A stretch of DNA of 64,000 bases, taken from NCBI GenBank assembly GCA_039794425.1, contig JBDIVK010000012.1, positions 4,323 through 68,322 of the forward strand, written 5' to 3'. The stretch's first letter is position 1. Each line of letters starts with the position of its first letter. The notes below the pieces were generated by a model. That model ran no database searches, was not told where the DNA came from, and saw only the letters and a program-made list of their open reading frames with translations. Below, piece by piece: positions 1 to 10,798 of this stretch. A program made the translations under genes and the position numbers. This DNA is from Nitrosomonas sp. (GTDB lineage Bacteria; Pseudomonadota; Gammaproteobacteria; Burkholderiales; Nitrosomonadaceae).

Positions 1-2
1 AG

Positions 3-1067
<1,065 letters not shown>

Positions 1068-1120
1068 AGCGCACAATATCTTTTCCCCTCGTTCATATCA
1101 ATGAAATGGAGAACGCTAAC

Positions 1121-1810
1121 ATGCAAAACGACAGCCAGAGCACAACTCATGCTGATAATGACATTACCCAGCTTGCGGAAGAAATCCGGGAAGCAGTGGC
1201 TCATGGCGGTAATGTCGAGCAAACTGTCAGGAATCTGACACTCAAGGCCATCCATACGCATGGCCTGGACATCGAATCTTTAAGACAAGTCGCATCGGCC
1301 GTTATGGAAGGTGCGCATGAAGGTGCGCAGCAGAAATTAACACACGCTTCCGAACAGTCTCACGTTGCTCAGTCACAAATAATCGAGGCAGTTACTGGAT
1401 TAGATACCGCTTTCGCACAACTGGCAGGAGCTTCGAAACTGGCTTTGGAAGAAGCGGCAAGTAAGGCGAAGCAATTCTCTCATGGTGAATTGGCCAGAGC
1501 ACGAGCAGACATCGAAAGCCTGGAGAGCCTGTTTCTAGACACCCTGAAGCATACAGCAACTGCTGCCCAAGGGTTGATTGCCGAAACACTCAGAGATCTG
1601 TTCACTCACGCACAACGTAATGGAACAGTCGTTGGTACACAGCTTAAAGATACACTGGCAGTTTTTGCACACCAAATGGCTTCAACCGGTCGTGCACAGC
1701 TAGAAGCAGGGGTACAACTTACACAAATGACAGCAGATCTTCTATATAAGATTTCCAGCGGGGTTTTAACCGGTATTACGGACCAGATCAAACAGGGTAA
1801 TGACAAGTAA
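1121..1810 (+). CDS. Hypothetical Ala/Leu/Gln-rich helical protein (possibly DUF6781-like)
   Basis: Long ORF with GGAGA RBS ahead of ATG 1121. No catalytic motif recognised; the family assignment is from memory only. Confidence 0.6.
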   Translation: MQNDSQSTTHADNDITQLAEEIREAVAHGGNVEQTVRNLTLKAIHTHGLDIESLRQVASAVMEGAHEGAQQKLTHASEQSHVAQSQIIEAVTGLDTAFAQLAGASKLALEEAASKAKQFSHGELARARADIESLESLFLDTLKHTATAAQGLIAETLRDLFTHAQRNGTVVGTQLKDTLAVFAHQMASTGRAQLEAGVQLTQMTADLLYKISSGVLTGITDQIKQGNDK

Positions 1811-1854
1811 TTTATTTTCTTAAGCTGAAACAACTAACATGGCCCCTATTCTTA

Positions 1855-2547
1855 TCAGAGTGATAAATAATAGCGTTTAACCGGTTTCAGCAAAGTATCA
1901 AGCTCATAACAAAGCGGTTGGCCGGTTGCAATCGACAGGCGCATGGTTTGCGAGCTTGTCAGCCCTTCTAATTGCATAATCAGCGTTCTCAGAAGATTTT
2001 TATGAGAGACGATCAGTAGACGCTTGCCATGTTTTATTTCAGGAAGAATAACTTTTTGCCACGCTGGCAGTAACCGCTCCAGCGTTTGCTGCATACTTTC
2101 TGCCAAGGGTAGCTGAGAACGATCGATAGCAGCATAGCGTTGCTGGTTAACGGGCGCCCGTGGATCATCCGGTGCTAATCTTGGAGGTATGGCATCGAAT
2201 CGGATCTGGCAGTTCACTATTGACCATATACCGAACTTTCGTATAGCCGCCCAACGACGCATGCCCTCCAGCGCACCATAATGGCGTTCATTCAATCGCC
2301 AACTCTGCTGAATGGGAAGGCAGTTCAAATCCATGGCTGACAGAATAATGGCCAGGGTATCCTGAGCTCGTTTCAGTTCAGAACTGAAACAAATATCGAA
2401 AGTGAAACCAGCCTGTTTAAGTAACCGGCCTGCTCTTTTTGCTTCCTCTTCACCTTGTGGGCTGAGTGCGACATCACTCCAGCCAGTAAAATGCCTGTCA
2501 TGATTCCAGATACTTTGCCCATGACGCAGCAGTACCAACTGGATCAT
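1855..2547 (-). CDS. Cofactor-dependent phosphoglycerate mutase-like histidine phosphatase (divergent GpmA paralogue)
   Basis: LLRHGQS, FTGW and LNERHYGAL motifs, colinear with GpmA. The WRR motif and the C-terminal tail are altered or absent. Confidence 0.85.
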   Translation of the reverse strand: MIQLVLLRHGQSIWNHDRHFTGWSDVALSPQGEEEAKRAGRLLKQAGFTFDICFSSELKRAQDTLAIILSAMDLNCLPIQQSWRLNERHYGALEGMRRWAAIRKFGIWSIVNCQIRFDAIPPRLAPDDPRAPVNQQRYAAIDRSQLPLAESMQQTLERLLPAWQKVILPEIKHGKRLLIVSHKNLLRTLIMQLEGLTSSQTMRLSIATGQPLCYELDTLLKPVKRYYLSL

Positions 2548-2568
2548 TTCTGTATTTTACTCAGGAAA

Positions 2569-3660
2569 TTAATCAGTTGGGAATCGGGAATCATCTCTGC
2601 GTAATATATTATTTTTCGTTGAGGTTGCTACAGCAGCTTCCTGCCAGATCTGCCTCAGCGCATCCCATAACCCCTTGCGGCTAGTTTGCGAGATCAGCTG
2701 ATTATCACCTAATTCCCGTGCCAGACGTCTTTGCGCTTCACCAAGATTATGATAAGGCAAGCTCATAAAAAGATGATGGGTAGCATGGTAACGCAACCCA
2801 ACAGGTGCCCATAGTACGGTCAGAAAATTCCCTGGCACGTTAACGGAATCCTGATACTGTTCGACTAAAGTCAGATGATGATCACCCGGATGACGATAGG
2901 CATGTGCAGCCAGCGTACGCAACGAGTTAAGAATGAAAATCGTAACTGCGATAGCATACCAGAGTAGTAATACCTGATAGGACAACTTCCCCTGTATCAC
3001 ACCGATAACAATGACAGCTGCGAATAAAAATGCCGCAAATTCCTGTATGCGCCAGTAATGATCGTTACGAATGGCGTCCTCTTTACGAATATAAGCGGGA
3101 TTGATAGTCAGTGAGGAAGCATGTTCCCAGACAATTTTTCGTAGGGCGGGAATCAGATACGACAGCGGTGTAAGCAGCAAAAATCGTGCCACCAGCAGCA
3201 GTGGCAAAATCAAAGAAAGCAGCACATAGCGCACCAGCGCTGATGGATGCTGCGTGGCAAAAGGAAGATATTCCCCATCTTCCCGCGTGCCATAAATACC
3301 TGGTTTATGATGATCATAATGTACACCATCATAAGTAAAGGACGGGATCATGAACGGTATGCCGCATGTCACATTCCACACCAGCCGGAACAGCTTAAAG
3401 GTGCCACGCTCAAGATGAGCTAATTCATGGATGAAAATCGCAGCCCGATAAAAGGCAAATACCGCTACACAATAGGAGAGAATCTGCCAGAAGGACAACC
3501 AGGGTGTCTGCAGTACTGTAACAAAAGCTGTCCAACCAAGCAAAATATGGAAAAGAAAGTCAGCCCAGTAAATCCTCGGGTCAGGAACCATCAGGTCACG
3601 TACCAGTGCACGTGCCTCATACAAGGGAAAATCAGTCTGGGTTGTATTATCATCAGTCAT
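2569..3660 (-). CDS. Membrane-bound fatty acid desaturase family protein
   Basis: Three His boxes (HELAH, HYDHH, HATHH) plus hydrophobic segments. ATG at 3660 lies 5 bp after the HIT stop. Confidence 0.85.
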   Translation of the reverse strand: MTDDNTTQTDFPLYEARALVRDLMVPDPRIYWADFLFHILLGWTAFVTVLQTPWLSFWQILSYCVAVFAFYRAAIFIHELAHLERGTFKLFRLVWNVTCGIPFMIPSFTYDGVHYDHHKPGIYGTREDGEYLPFATQHPSALVRYVLLSLILPLLLVARFLLLTPLSYLIPALRKIVWEHASSLTINPAYIRKEDAIRNDHYWRIQEFAAFLFAAVIVIGVIQGKLSYQVLLLWYAIAVTIFILNSLRTLAAHAYRHPGDHHLTLVEQYQDSVNVPGNFLTVLWAPVGLRYHATHHLFMSLPYHNLGEAQRRLARELGDNQLISQTSRKGLWDALRQIWQEAAVATSTKNNILRRDDSRFPTD

Positions 3661-3665
3661 AATCG

Positions 3666-4115
3666 TCACGAATACTCCCAGTGACGTAGCAAATATTCGA
3701 TCACCTGCTGGTTCAAAGCTGAATCCGTTTCGTTGATTTTGCCAAAATCCGGCACACCCGGCCAACCCGCATCCCCAAATACCATACCACCGAATTGTTT
3801 AGCTTGTGCATAGCGCGGAATAACATGAAAATGAACATCAGGATCGACCATCATCAACATCAGGTAATTCAACTTATCGTACTGAAAAGCCTTTTTTAAC
3901 GCTAATTCAATCTGACCGGTTACAACTTGCAGTTCTACAAAACTGGGCGCACTCAATGCGGAAAAAGTATGCACCGGCTCATGTGCAACCAATACCAGTG
4001 CACCCAGTGTCAATTGAGCCGGGCGTAACAAAACACTCCAATGCTGAAACTGATGAATAACCGTATCAGGCGCACCGAATTTCAGCATAGTGTCATTAAA
4101 AATCTTCGGATTCAT
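3666..4115 (-). CDS. HIT family protein
   Basis: DPDVHFHVIPRY, a HIT-like motif whose first His is replaced by Asp; size about 150 aa. Confidence 0.8.
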   Translation of the reverse strand: MNPKIFNDTMLKFGAPDTVIHQFQHWSVLLRPAQLTLGALVLVAHEPVHTFSALSAPSFVELQVVTGQIELALKKAFQYDKLNYLMLMMVDPDVHFHVIPRYAQAKQFGGMVFGDAGWPGVPDFGKINETDSALNQQVIEYLLRHWEYS

Positions 4116-4128
4116 ACCGTTTCCCTAA

Positions 4129-4938
4129 TCAGCCCGGAACTCGCAGTACCGGGTCGGATAAATGCTCCTGCGCGATATCTGCCGCTTGCAAAGTAAAGTG
4201 CTTTTTTGCTTTGTGCAAATCCTGAATGTAGTCGATCTCGCACCAATGATAACCCACAACTGAATGACTGCTTACCACATCATACTTCGCCAGTGCATCA
4301 ATAATTGCCAAATACCACGATCTGAGCTTTACCGGATCACGTAATGCCTGCTCCACGGCATCGCGAAAAAGCTGTACTCCTTTACCGCAAAAACGGAGAA
4401 GGCCGATTGATTCTGCATCCGTTTCCTTGGCAGATAACTTTTTACTGACCTGCCTCACCTGACCTTGTGCACCGAGTTGCACTTTCATATCATCTTCGTC
4501 GAATACTTGTTTGAAATCAACGCACAGGGTAACTGGTGCCGCTTGCGCCCGTAATACCTCTGCCAGCAATCCATCGCCCAGTAACGTATCACCATTCAAC
4601 AGCAGAAAGCTGTTATTCATCTCTTTACGTGCGATCCAACAGCTAGCCAGGTTGTCTGCTACTTCATAAAAAGGATTGAACAAGACTTTGATGCCAGCGT
4701 ATTCATGATAACGCTCAGCCAACATCTCTTCTACTTTGCCGACCTGAAAACCAGCGATAACGATGATTTCTTCAATACCATTAGCCAGCAACGTATCGAT
4801 CTGCCAGGCAATGACAGGCTTGCCTGAAACCGGCAGCAGGCACTTGGGAGTGTTTTCGGTCAGCGGTAACAACCGCCTGCCCTGTCCCGCACTCAGGATT
4901 ATCGCTTTCCTTGGAAAATCGTCGGCTCGTTCAATCAT
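4129..4938 (-). CDS. Nucleotidyltransferase, phosphocholine cytidylyltransferase (LicC-like) family
   Basis: N-terminal LSAGQGRRLLPLTENTPKCLL signature, LLLNGD and WCEID. Confidence 0.85.
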   Translation of the reverse strand: MIERADDFPRKAIILSAGQGRRLLPLTENTPKCLLPVSGKPVIAWQIDTLLANGIEEIIVIAGFQVGKVEEMLAERYHEYAGIKVLFNPFYEVADNLASCWIARKEMNNSFLLLNGDTLLGDGLLAEVLRAQAAPVTLCVDFKQVFDEDDMKVQLGAQGQVRQVSKKLSAKETDAESIGLLRFCGKGVQLFRDAVEQALRDPVKLRSWYLAIIDALAKYDVVSSHSVVGYHWCEIDYIQDLHKAKKHFTLQAADIAQEHLSDPVLRVPG

Positions 4939-4984
4939 TTATATTTGTCCGGTTATCATTCAACTGCACGGATTTCACATGTCT

Positions 4985-6145
4985 TCATGTATTCAATACT
5001 GCACTCATACTCTTCAGTTGATCAGTGATACGCTTAACGGCTGCGAGGAACGCATCCACTTCAGCAGTAGTATTACCAACCCCGAAGCTTACCCGTACTG
5101 CACAACGCGCGAGCACGGGGGAAACACCCATTGCTTCCAACACGTGACTTTTACCAGGCGTAGCACTGGAACAGGCAGCACCACTGGCAACTGCAAATCC
5201 ATTCTTATCCAGGCGAACGACTAAGGTATCTCCTTCAATATCAGGCAACGCAAAATAACAGGTATTAGGCAAACGTGGTGCATCCAGACCAAATATCCTG
5301 GCACCCATTGCAAGCAAACCCTGTTCAAGGTGATGACGCAACCTAGCCGTATGGGCGGCCAATTCAGTCATTCTGGACATAGCAAGCTCACAAGCAGCAC
5401 CAAAACCGACGATAGCCGGTACATTCTCGGTACCCGAACGCAACCCATTTTCATGCCCTCCACCATAAATGAGCGGCTTAATCGGCAAACGCGGATCGAT
5501 AATCAAAGCCGCTGCTCCCTTGGGTCCATAAATCTTATGTGCAGACAGTGTCATAGCGTGTACGCCAAGTTCCTCAAAATTCACCGGGATTTTTCCGAAT
5601 GCCTGCACTGCATCGGTATGTACCCAAGCACCCTGCTCTTTAGCTATTCCGACAATAGTCGCAACATCCTGAACCACACCTGTTTCATTATTGGCGAGCA
5701 TGACTGAAACCAAAGCAGGATTTGCTTCTGTCAGAATATTTGCGGCCCCTTCTACCTTTATCCGACCCGATTCATCCACCATCAGATGATGTAGCTGCCA
5801 TTTTTCGTTGCGCCTTCTCATCAATTCCTGTGCAGGACGAAGAATACAGGGATGTTCGATGGTACTTATGGCCAATGCAGAAGATCTCAAACTATCCGAT
5901 ACACCACGAATAAAAAGATTGTTAGCTTCCGATCCACCACTGGTGAAAATTACTTGCGAAGGCTGAACATTTATGGCCTGGGCTACCTGCTCACGTGCAC
6001 GATTAATTGCACGACGCGCCATCAAACCAAGAGAGTGACTACTGGAAGCGTTACCATAACCTTCACGGAAATAGGGCAGCATCGCATCCAATACCCCGTC
6101 ATCTATCCTGGTAGTAGCGTTATGATCGAAGTAGGTTTGGGTCAT
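4985..6145 (-). CDS. iscS: Cysteine desulfurase (IscS/NifS group I)
   Basis: YFDHNATT, the PLP lysine in SAHKIYGPKG, GGGHENGLRSGT, and the catalytic Cys in ASGAACSS. Not flanked by other isc genes. Confidence 0.9.
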   Translation of the reverse strand: MTQTYFDHNATTRIDDGVLDAMLPYFREGYGNASSSHSLGLMARRAINRAREQVAQAINVQPSQVIFTSGGSEANNLFIRGVSDSLRSSALAISTIEHPCILRPAQELMRRRNEKWQLHHLMVDESGRIKVEGAANILTEANPALVSVMLANNETGVVQDVATIVGIAKEQGAWVHTDAVQAFGKIPVNFEELGVHAMTLSAHKIYGPKGAAALIIDPRLPIKPLIYGGGHENGLRSGTENVPAIVGFGAACELAMSRMTELAAHTARLRHHLEQGLLAMGARIFGLDAPRLPNTCYFALPDIEGDTLVVRLDKNGFAVASGAACSSATPGKSHVLEAMGVSPVLARCAVRVSFGVGNTTAEVDAFLAAVKRITDQLKSMSAVLNT

Positions 6146-6404
6146 AAAGAATTTTGACAAATAATACGCTGATGAGCGCTCGAACTTTCCGACAAACGCT
6201 AATCCAGATATGCATAAAAAGTATATGTAAATTTAAAAGTCTCGACATTATCTTTCCCAGATGCTGGCGTTGACCCAATCCATATAATTTCAATCAGTAT
6301 GCAAATATGAAAGCATACTATGATTGTCTTGCCCTGTTAATCGTTACTACCCAGACCATCGTGACAAAATAAAAATCCCGGAACTTTGTGCCTTGATCGC
6401 AATT

Positions 6405-6542
6405 ATCCTAAAAACCGCAGTTGGACGCACACTCGGATGCGTAGCAGTTTCACCTACCGGGTCGGCATGAGTGAAGGCAACAAGCTCACTATCTATCGGG
6501 ACCTCTAGAGGTTGATAAGCGATCAACTGCGGTTTTTAGGAT
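6405..6542. repeat. MITE-like inverted-repeat element, family 1 copy A
   Basis: Perfect 19-bp terminal IR ATCCTAAAAACCGCAGTTG (6405-6423) / CAACTGCGGTTTTTAGGAT (6524-6542). The interior is shared with the copy at 27078. Confidence 0.85.
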
Positions 6543-6782
6543 TATGCATTTCCTCTCTTTCCAACTATTGACACATTGCCCCTCTTTTAATCTTACTAAC
6601 CCCTGTCAGGAGACATGAAAACGGAATAAAACAAAAGAGAGTAGGTCACACCCTATTTCATACCATGATGATGCATGTTTCTAGCTCCAATGCATTGATT
6701 TGACTTGGACAAGCTTTTTATTAAAGAGTAAAATCGCCACCTTGTAAAACTGATGAATTAATTACCAAGCAGGAGAAAATAT

Positions 6783-7052
6783 ATGGCGGTAACAACCGAT
6801 CAAAAAGCACAAGTGGTGCGTGATTATCAGAGAGCGGCAGGAGATACAGGCTCACCCGAAGTACAAGTGGCGCTTTTGACAGCTCGTATTAATGATTTGA
6901 TTGATCACTTTAAGAAACATGTCAAAGATCATCACTCCCGTCGAGGGTTGCTTCGCATGGTAAGTCGGCGCCGCAAGCTACTGGACTACCTGAAATCAAA
7001 AAACAGTGATAGTTATCAAGCACTGATTGAACGCCTTGGTTTGAGAAAATAA
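6783..7052 (+). CDS. rpsO: 30S ribosomal protein S15
   Basis: [13 protein letters not shown] and [20 protein letters not shown]; AGGAG RBS. Confidence 0.98.
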   Translation: MAVTTDQKAQVVRDYQRAAGDTGSPEVQVALLTARINDLIDHFKKHVKDHHSRRGLLRMVSRRRKLLDYLKSKNSDSYQALIERLGLRK

Positions 7053-7247
7053 AAAGAGAAAGCCAAACAGTTCGCACATTTCGGGTCATTGCGGATGACG
7101 ACTATAAGAATAAAACAGTGTATTACCCCAGAAAACTGATGTGTACTTCAGCTATCAGTGTTTAACTCTGAGATAAATTCCAGTTTTCCGCGACAATGCG
7201 ACGTTTGCAGTAAGTCTTAGGCATGATTTGATGAGAAGGATTATTAA

Positions 7248-9362
7248 TTGAAATCGATAAAAAAAAGCATAACCTACGGACACCATACACTCACGCTTGA
7301 AACTGGAGAAATCGCCAAACAGGCACATGGTGCAGTAATGGTTTCCATGGACGATACGGTTGTGCTGGTTACCGTAGTGGGAGATAAGAAAACGAAGCCG
7401 GGGCAGGATTTTTTCCCACTTACCGTCGACTACCAAGAAAAATTTTATTCTGCCGGCCGCATTCCAGGAAGTTTTTTCAAACGTGAAGGCCGCCCCTCTG
7501 AAAAAGAAACACTGACTTCCCGTTTAATTGATCGACCCATACGCCCGCTTTTCCCTGATGGCTTTTACAATGAAGTGCAAATCGTTGCAATGGTACTGTC
7601 GTCTGATACGGAAGTAGACGCCGACGTTCCCGCGATGATCGGTACATCTGCCGCTCTAGTACTCTCTGGCATCCCGTTTGATGGCCCCATCGGGGCCGCA
7701 CGAGTAGGTTATATCAATAACGAGTACGTGCTTAACCCGACCACCACTCAACTCAAGGAAACTCAGCTCAATCTCGTCGTTGCAGGTACCCAGCAAGCTG
7801 TTCTAATGGTCGAATCGGAAGCCAATGAACTTTCCGAAGAAGTAATGCTGGGCGCGATAACATTCGGGCATGAGCAAATGCAACAAGTGATTAGTATGAT
7901 CAATGAGCTAGCTGATGAAGCAGGTGTCACCGCGTGGGACTGGAAGCCGGTAGAAAGGGATTTGTTACTGGTTGAAAAAATTACCCAACTGGCAGAAGCC
8001 GATTTGCGTAATGCATTCCGGCTAAAGCAAAAATCGGTCAGAACAGAAGCAATCAGCGAAATCTGGCAACGTGTTTATACTGAACTGGGTGTCGGCTCTG
8101 AAGAAGGTCCAAGTGAGTCAGCCGTCAGGGAGATTGGTTTCGAACTTGAATCCAGAATCGTTCGCAACAGTATCCTGGACGGGGAATCCCGCATTGATGG
8201 TCGCGGAACTCGTACTGTTCGGCCTATCACCATCCGTCATAGTGTGCTACCACGTACGCATGGCTCTGCCTTGTTTACACGTGGCGAGACGCAAGTTTTA
8301 GCAGTTACTACATTGGGTACGACCCGGGATGAGCAGAGAATCGACGCGCTACAAGGGGATTACACCGAGCGTTTCATGCTTCACTACAATATGCCACCTT
8401 TTGCTACAGGTGAAACCGGACGGGTAGGTACTCCCAAACGACGTGAAATTGGCCATGGACGCTTGGCTAAGCGCGCGTTACTCGCGGTGTTACCATCCGT
8501 GGAAGAATTCGGTTACTCAATGCGGGTAGTATCTGAAGTAACAGAATCAAACGGCTCGAGCTCCATGGCATCCGTTTGCGGTGGTTGCCTTGCGCTTATG
8601 GATGCAGGCGTTCCCCTGAAAGCACATGTAGCAGGTATCGCCATGGGGTTGATCAAAGAAGGTAATCGCTTTGCCGTGCTGACGGATATCCTCGGTGATG
8701 AAGACCATCTCGGTGATATGGACTTCAAGGTAGCTGGTACCGAAAATGGGATCACTGCTCTGCAAATGGATATAAAAATCCAGGGAATTACGAAAGAAAT
8801 CATGCAGGTAGCCTTACTGCAGGCAAAAGAGGGGCGCTTGCACATTTTGGATATCATGAAGCAATCACTGCCTGCAACGCGGGAAAATATCTCGGTTCAT
8901 GCACCGCGTATCATCAAATTTAAAATCAATCCTGAAAAAATTCGAGATGTAATTGGTAAAGGAGGCGCAGTAATCCGCGCATTGACCGAAGAAACCGGAA
9001 CTACCATTGATATTTCAGACGATGGAGTCGTAACGATCGCTTGTGTCAACAGTGAAGGTGGAGAACAAGCAAGGAAACGCATCGAAGATATTACTGCAGA
9101 TGTCGAAGTAGGAAAAATATACGATGGAATAGTACTCAAATTACTTGATTTCGGTGCTATCGTCAGTATTTTGCCCGGTAAAGATGGCCTGCTCCATATT
9201 TCTCAAATTGCCAATGAGCGTGTTGAAAGTGTTGCCGACCATCTCAAGGAAGGCCAAGTCGTGCGTGTCAAAGTACTGGAAGCTGACGAGAAAGGCAGGC
9301 TTCGTCTCAGTATGAAAGCTGCTGCCGTTATTATAGAAACGACTGACAGTGAGGTATCCTGA
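7248..9362 (+). CDS. pnp: Polyribonucleotide nucleotidyltransferase
   Basis: Two RNase PH domains, DFKVAGT, KH (IGKGG) and S1 domains; follows rpsO. Confidence 0.98.
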   Translation: MKSIKKSITYGHHTLTLETGEIAKQAHGAVMVSMDDTVVLVTVVGDKKTKPGQDFFPLTVDYQEKFYSAGRIPGSFFKREGRPSEKETLTSRLIDRPIRPLFPDGFYNEVQIVAMVLSSDTEVDADVPAMIGTSAALVLSGIPFDGPIGAARVGYINNEYVLNPTTTQLKETQLNLVVAGTQQAVLMVESEANELSEEVMLGAITFGHEQMQQVISMINELADEAGVTAWDWKPVERDLLLVEKITQLAEADLRNAFRLKQKSVRTEAISEIWQRVYTELGVGSEEGPSESAVREIGFELESRIVRNSILDGESRIDGRGTRTVRPITIRHSVLPRTHGSALFTRGETQVLAVTTLGTTRDEQRIDALQGDYTERFMLHYNMPPFATGETGRVGTPKRREIGHGRLAKRALLAVLPSVEEFGYSMRVVSEVTESNGSSSMASVCGGCLALMDAGVPLKAHVAGIAMGLIKEGNRFAVLTDILGDEDHLGDMDFKVAGTENGITALQMDIKIQGITKEIMQVALLQAKEGRLHILDIMKQSLPATRENISVHAPRIIKFKINPEKIRDVIGKGGAVIRALTEETGTTIDISDDGVVTIACVNSEGGEQARKRIEDITADVEVGKIYDGIVLKLLDFGAIVSILPGKDGLLHISQIANERVESVADHLKEGQVVRVKVLEADEKGRLRLSMKAAAVIIETTDSEVS

Positions 9363-9403
9363 TAAATTGACCAAGATATCGTCGTGTTACGCGACAAATA
9401 TAC

Positions 9404-9444
9404 GAGGCATTCCCGAGGTATTCCCTAGGACTGCCTCTTTTTTT
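9404..9444 (+). terminator. Probable intrinsic terminator of rpsO-pnp
   Basis: GAGGCA...TGCCTC stem with inner pairing, followed by 7 T. Confidence 0.65.
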
Positions 9445-9566
9445 GTAAACAGTTCGATTACTGTATACCTAAAACGGGTTTTCATTTTATTGTCGCGAAG
9501 GCGAAAATACCAATAAATTCACGATGGGCCATATCATTTTATCAGCTGATAACCTCTCACTCGTGG

Positions 9567-10298
9567 ATGCAGATAATTTCGGCACCTGATCTCGCTTTGC
9601 TGTCGCCCCATCAGCGGGCAACTATGTACCAGGCAGGAAAAGAGGTCATGGAGTGTTACCGCGTATTACGCAAAGTTGGATTCAATATCGTAGGAGAAAT
9701 ATTACGTGACACGTTCAATGCTGGCAAACCCTTCTATGAGCTTGAACATTATCCACCTGATGATGTTTATGATACGCAAACCCATGCACAATATTACTAT
9801 CATGCCCATCGCAGTAAAATCAAAGAGCATGGCCACTTCCATACCTTCCTGCGACCACGCGGTATGCCTGCGGGGGTATCACCTATAGACTTTCCGGCAA
9901 CTGATCCTTGGCCGCAAGGTAACGAGGCAGTCTCGCATCTGTTCGCCATCGCCATGGATGCGTATGGCTATCCAACCGGCTTATTCACTGTCAACCGTTG
10001 GGTAACGGCCGAAGCATGGTACCCTGCCGACCAAGTCATACGTATGCTGGACCATTTTATAGTTGACCATGCTTTCCCCTCATGGCCAGTCAACCGCTGG
10101 ATCAGTGCAATGGCTGTCCTCTACCGACCGCATATCGAAGCATTACTGCGACAACGGGATGAAGTAATATGGGAATCTTTCAGAAAGAGGCCGGGACAGG
10201 ATATTTTTGAGGATCGTTCACTCGATATTACCAGTTATTTACCTATTTCTGTCGATACCCTGATAATGGAGCTCGAGCATCTGATTGATCCTGGATGA
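9567..10298 (+). CDS. Conserved hypothetical His-rich protein (DUF6969-like)
   Basis: YYYHAHR and EHGHFHTF motifs. The family name is recalled and not verified. Confidence 0.55.
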   Translation: MQIISAPDLALLSPHQRATMYQAGKEVMECYRVLRKVGFNIVGEILRDTFNAGKPFYELEHYPPDDVYDTQTHAQYYYHAHRSKIKEHGHFHTFLRPRGMPAGVSPIDFPATDPWPQGNEAVSHLFAIAMDAYGYPTGLFTVNRWVTAEAWYPADQVIRMLDHFIVDHAFPSWPVNRWISAMAVLYRPHIEALLRQRDEVIWESFRKRPGQDIFEDRSLDITSYLPISVDTLIMELEHLIDPG

Positions 10299-10332
10299 TT
10301 CGTATCAACTATTTGATCGTTTTACCCATCGT

Positions 10333-10674
10333 ATGAAAAAGCTTTATACGGCCAACCATCTCCTGGAAGCGCAGCTCGTCCTCGACCTTCTGGAAAACGC
10401 GTATATTCCGGCCAAATTGTTTAACGTACACGCACAAGGGGGAGTGGGTGAAATTCCGTTTACCCATGCCTATCCGGAAGTATGGGTCGTGCGTGATCAG
10501 GATTTCGAACGTGGACGGGCAATCATTATTGCTTATGAGCAAACTCCCCCTGTCACCCATATCCTTACTTGCCCAGAATGTGGCGAAGAAAATCCTTATA
10601 ACTTCCAACTATGCTGGCAATGCGGCAGCGGGCTGGAAGTCATCAAGGAAAACATCCAATACCCCGACACCTGA
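10333..10674 (+). CDS. DUF2007 (PII-like putative signal transducing) protein with C-terminal zinc ribbon
   Basis: MKKLYTANHLLEAQLVLDLLE...GEIPF...PEVWV, followed by CPECG...CWQCG. Confidence 0.75.
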   Translation: MKKLYTANHLLEAQLVLDLLENAYIPAKLFNVHAQGGVGEIPFTHAYPEVWVVRDQDFERGRAIIIAYEQTPPVTHILTCPECGEENPYNFQLCWQCGSGLEVIKENIQYPDT

Positions 10675-10798
10675 AAATTATGCTGCAAACTATTATGACA
10701 AATGCCTTCCCGGCTTTAATCTACCGATAGATTAGGAGTATAGATCGAACGCTTAACAAAACCGCGTATTCATCGACGACTTACCTTGAGCATGCACA

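Noticed and set aside
6695-6735. Sigma70 promoter and S15 leader upstream of rpsO
   Set aside because: TAAAAT is plausible, but the -35 spacing is ambiguous and the leader fold cannot be confirmed by eye.
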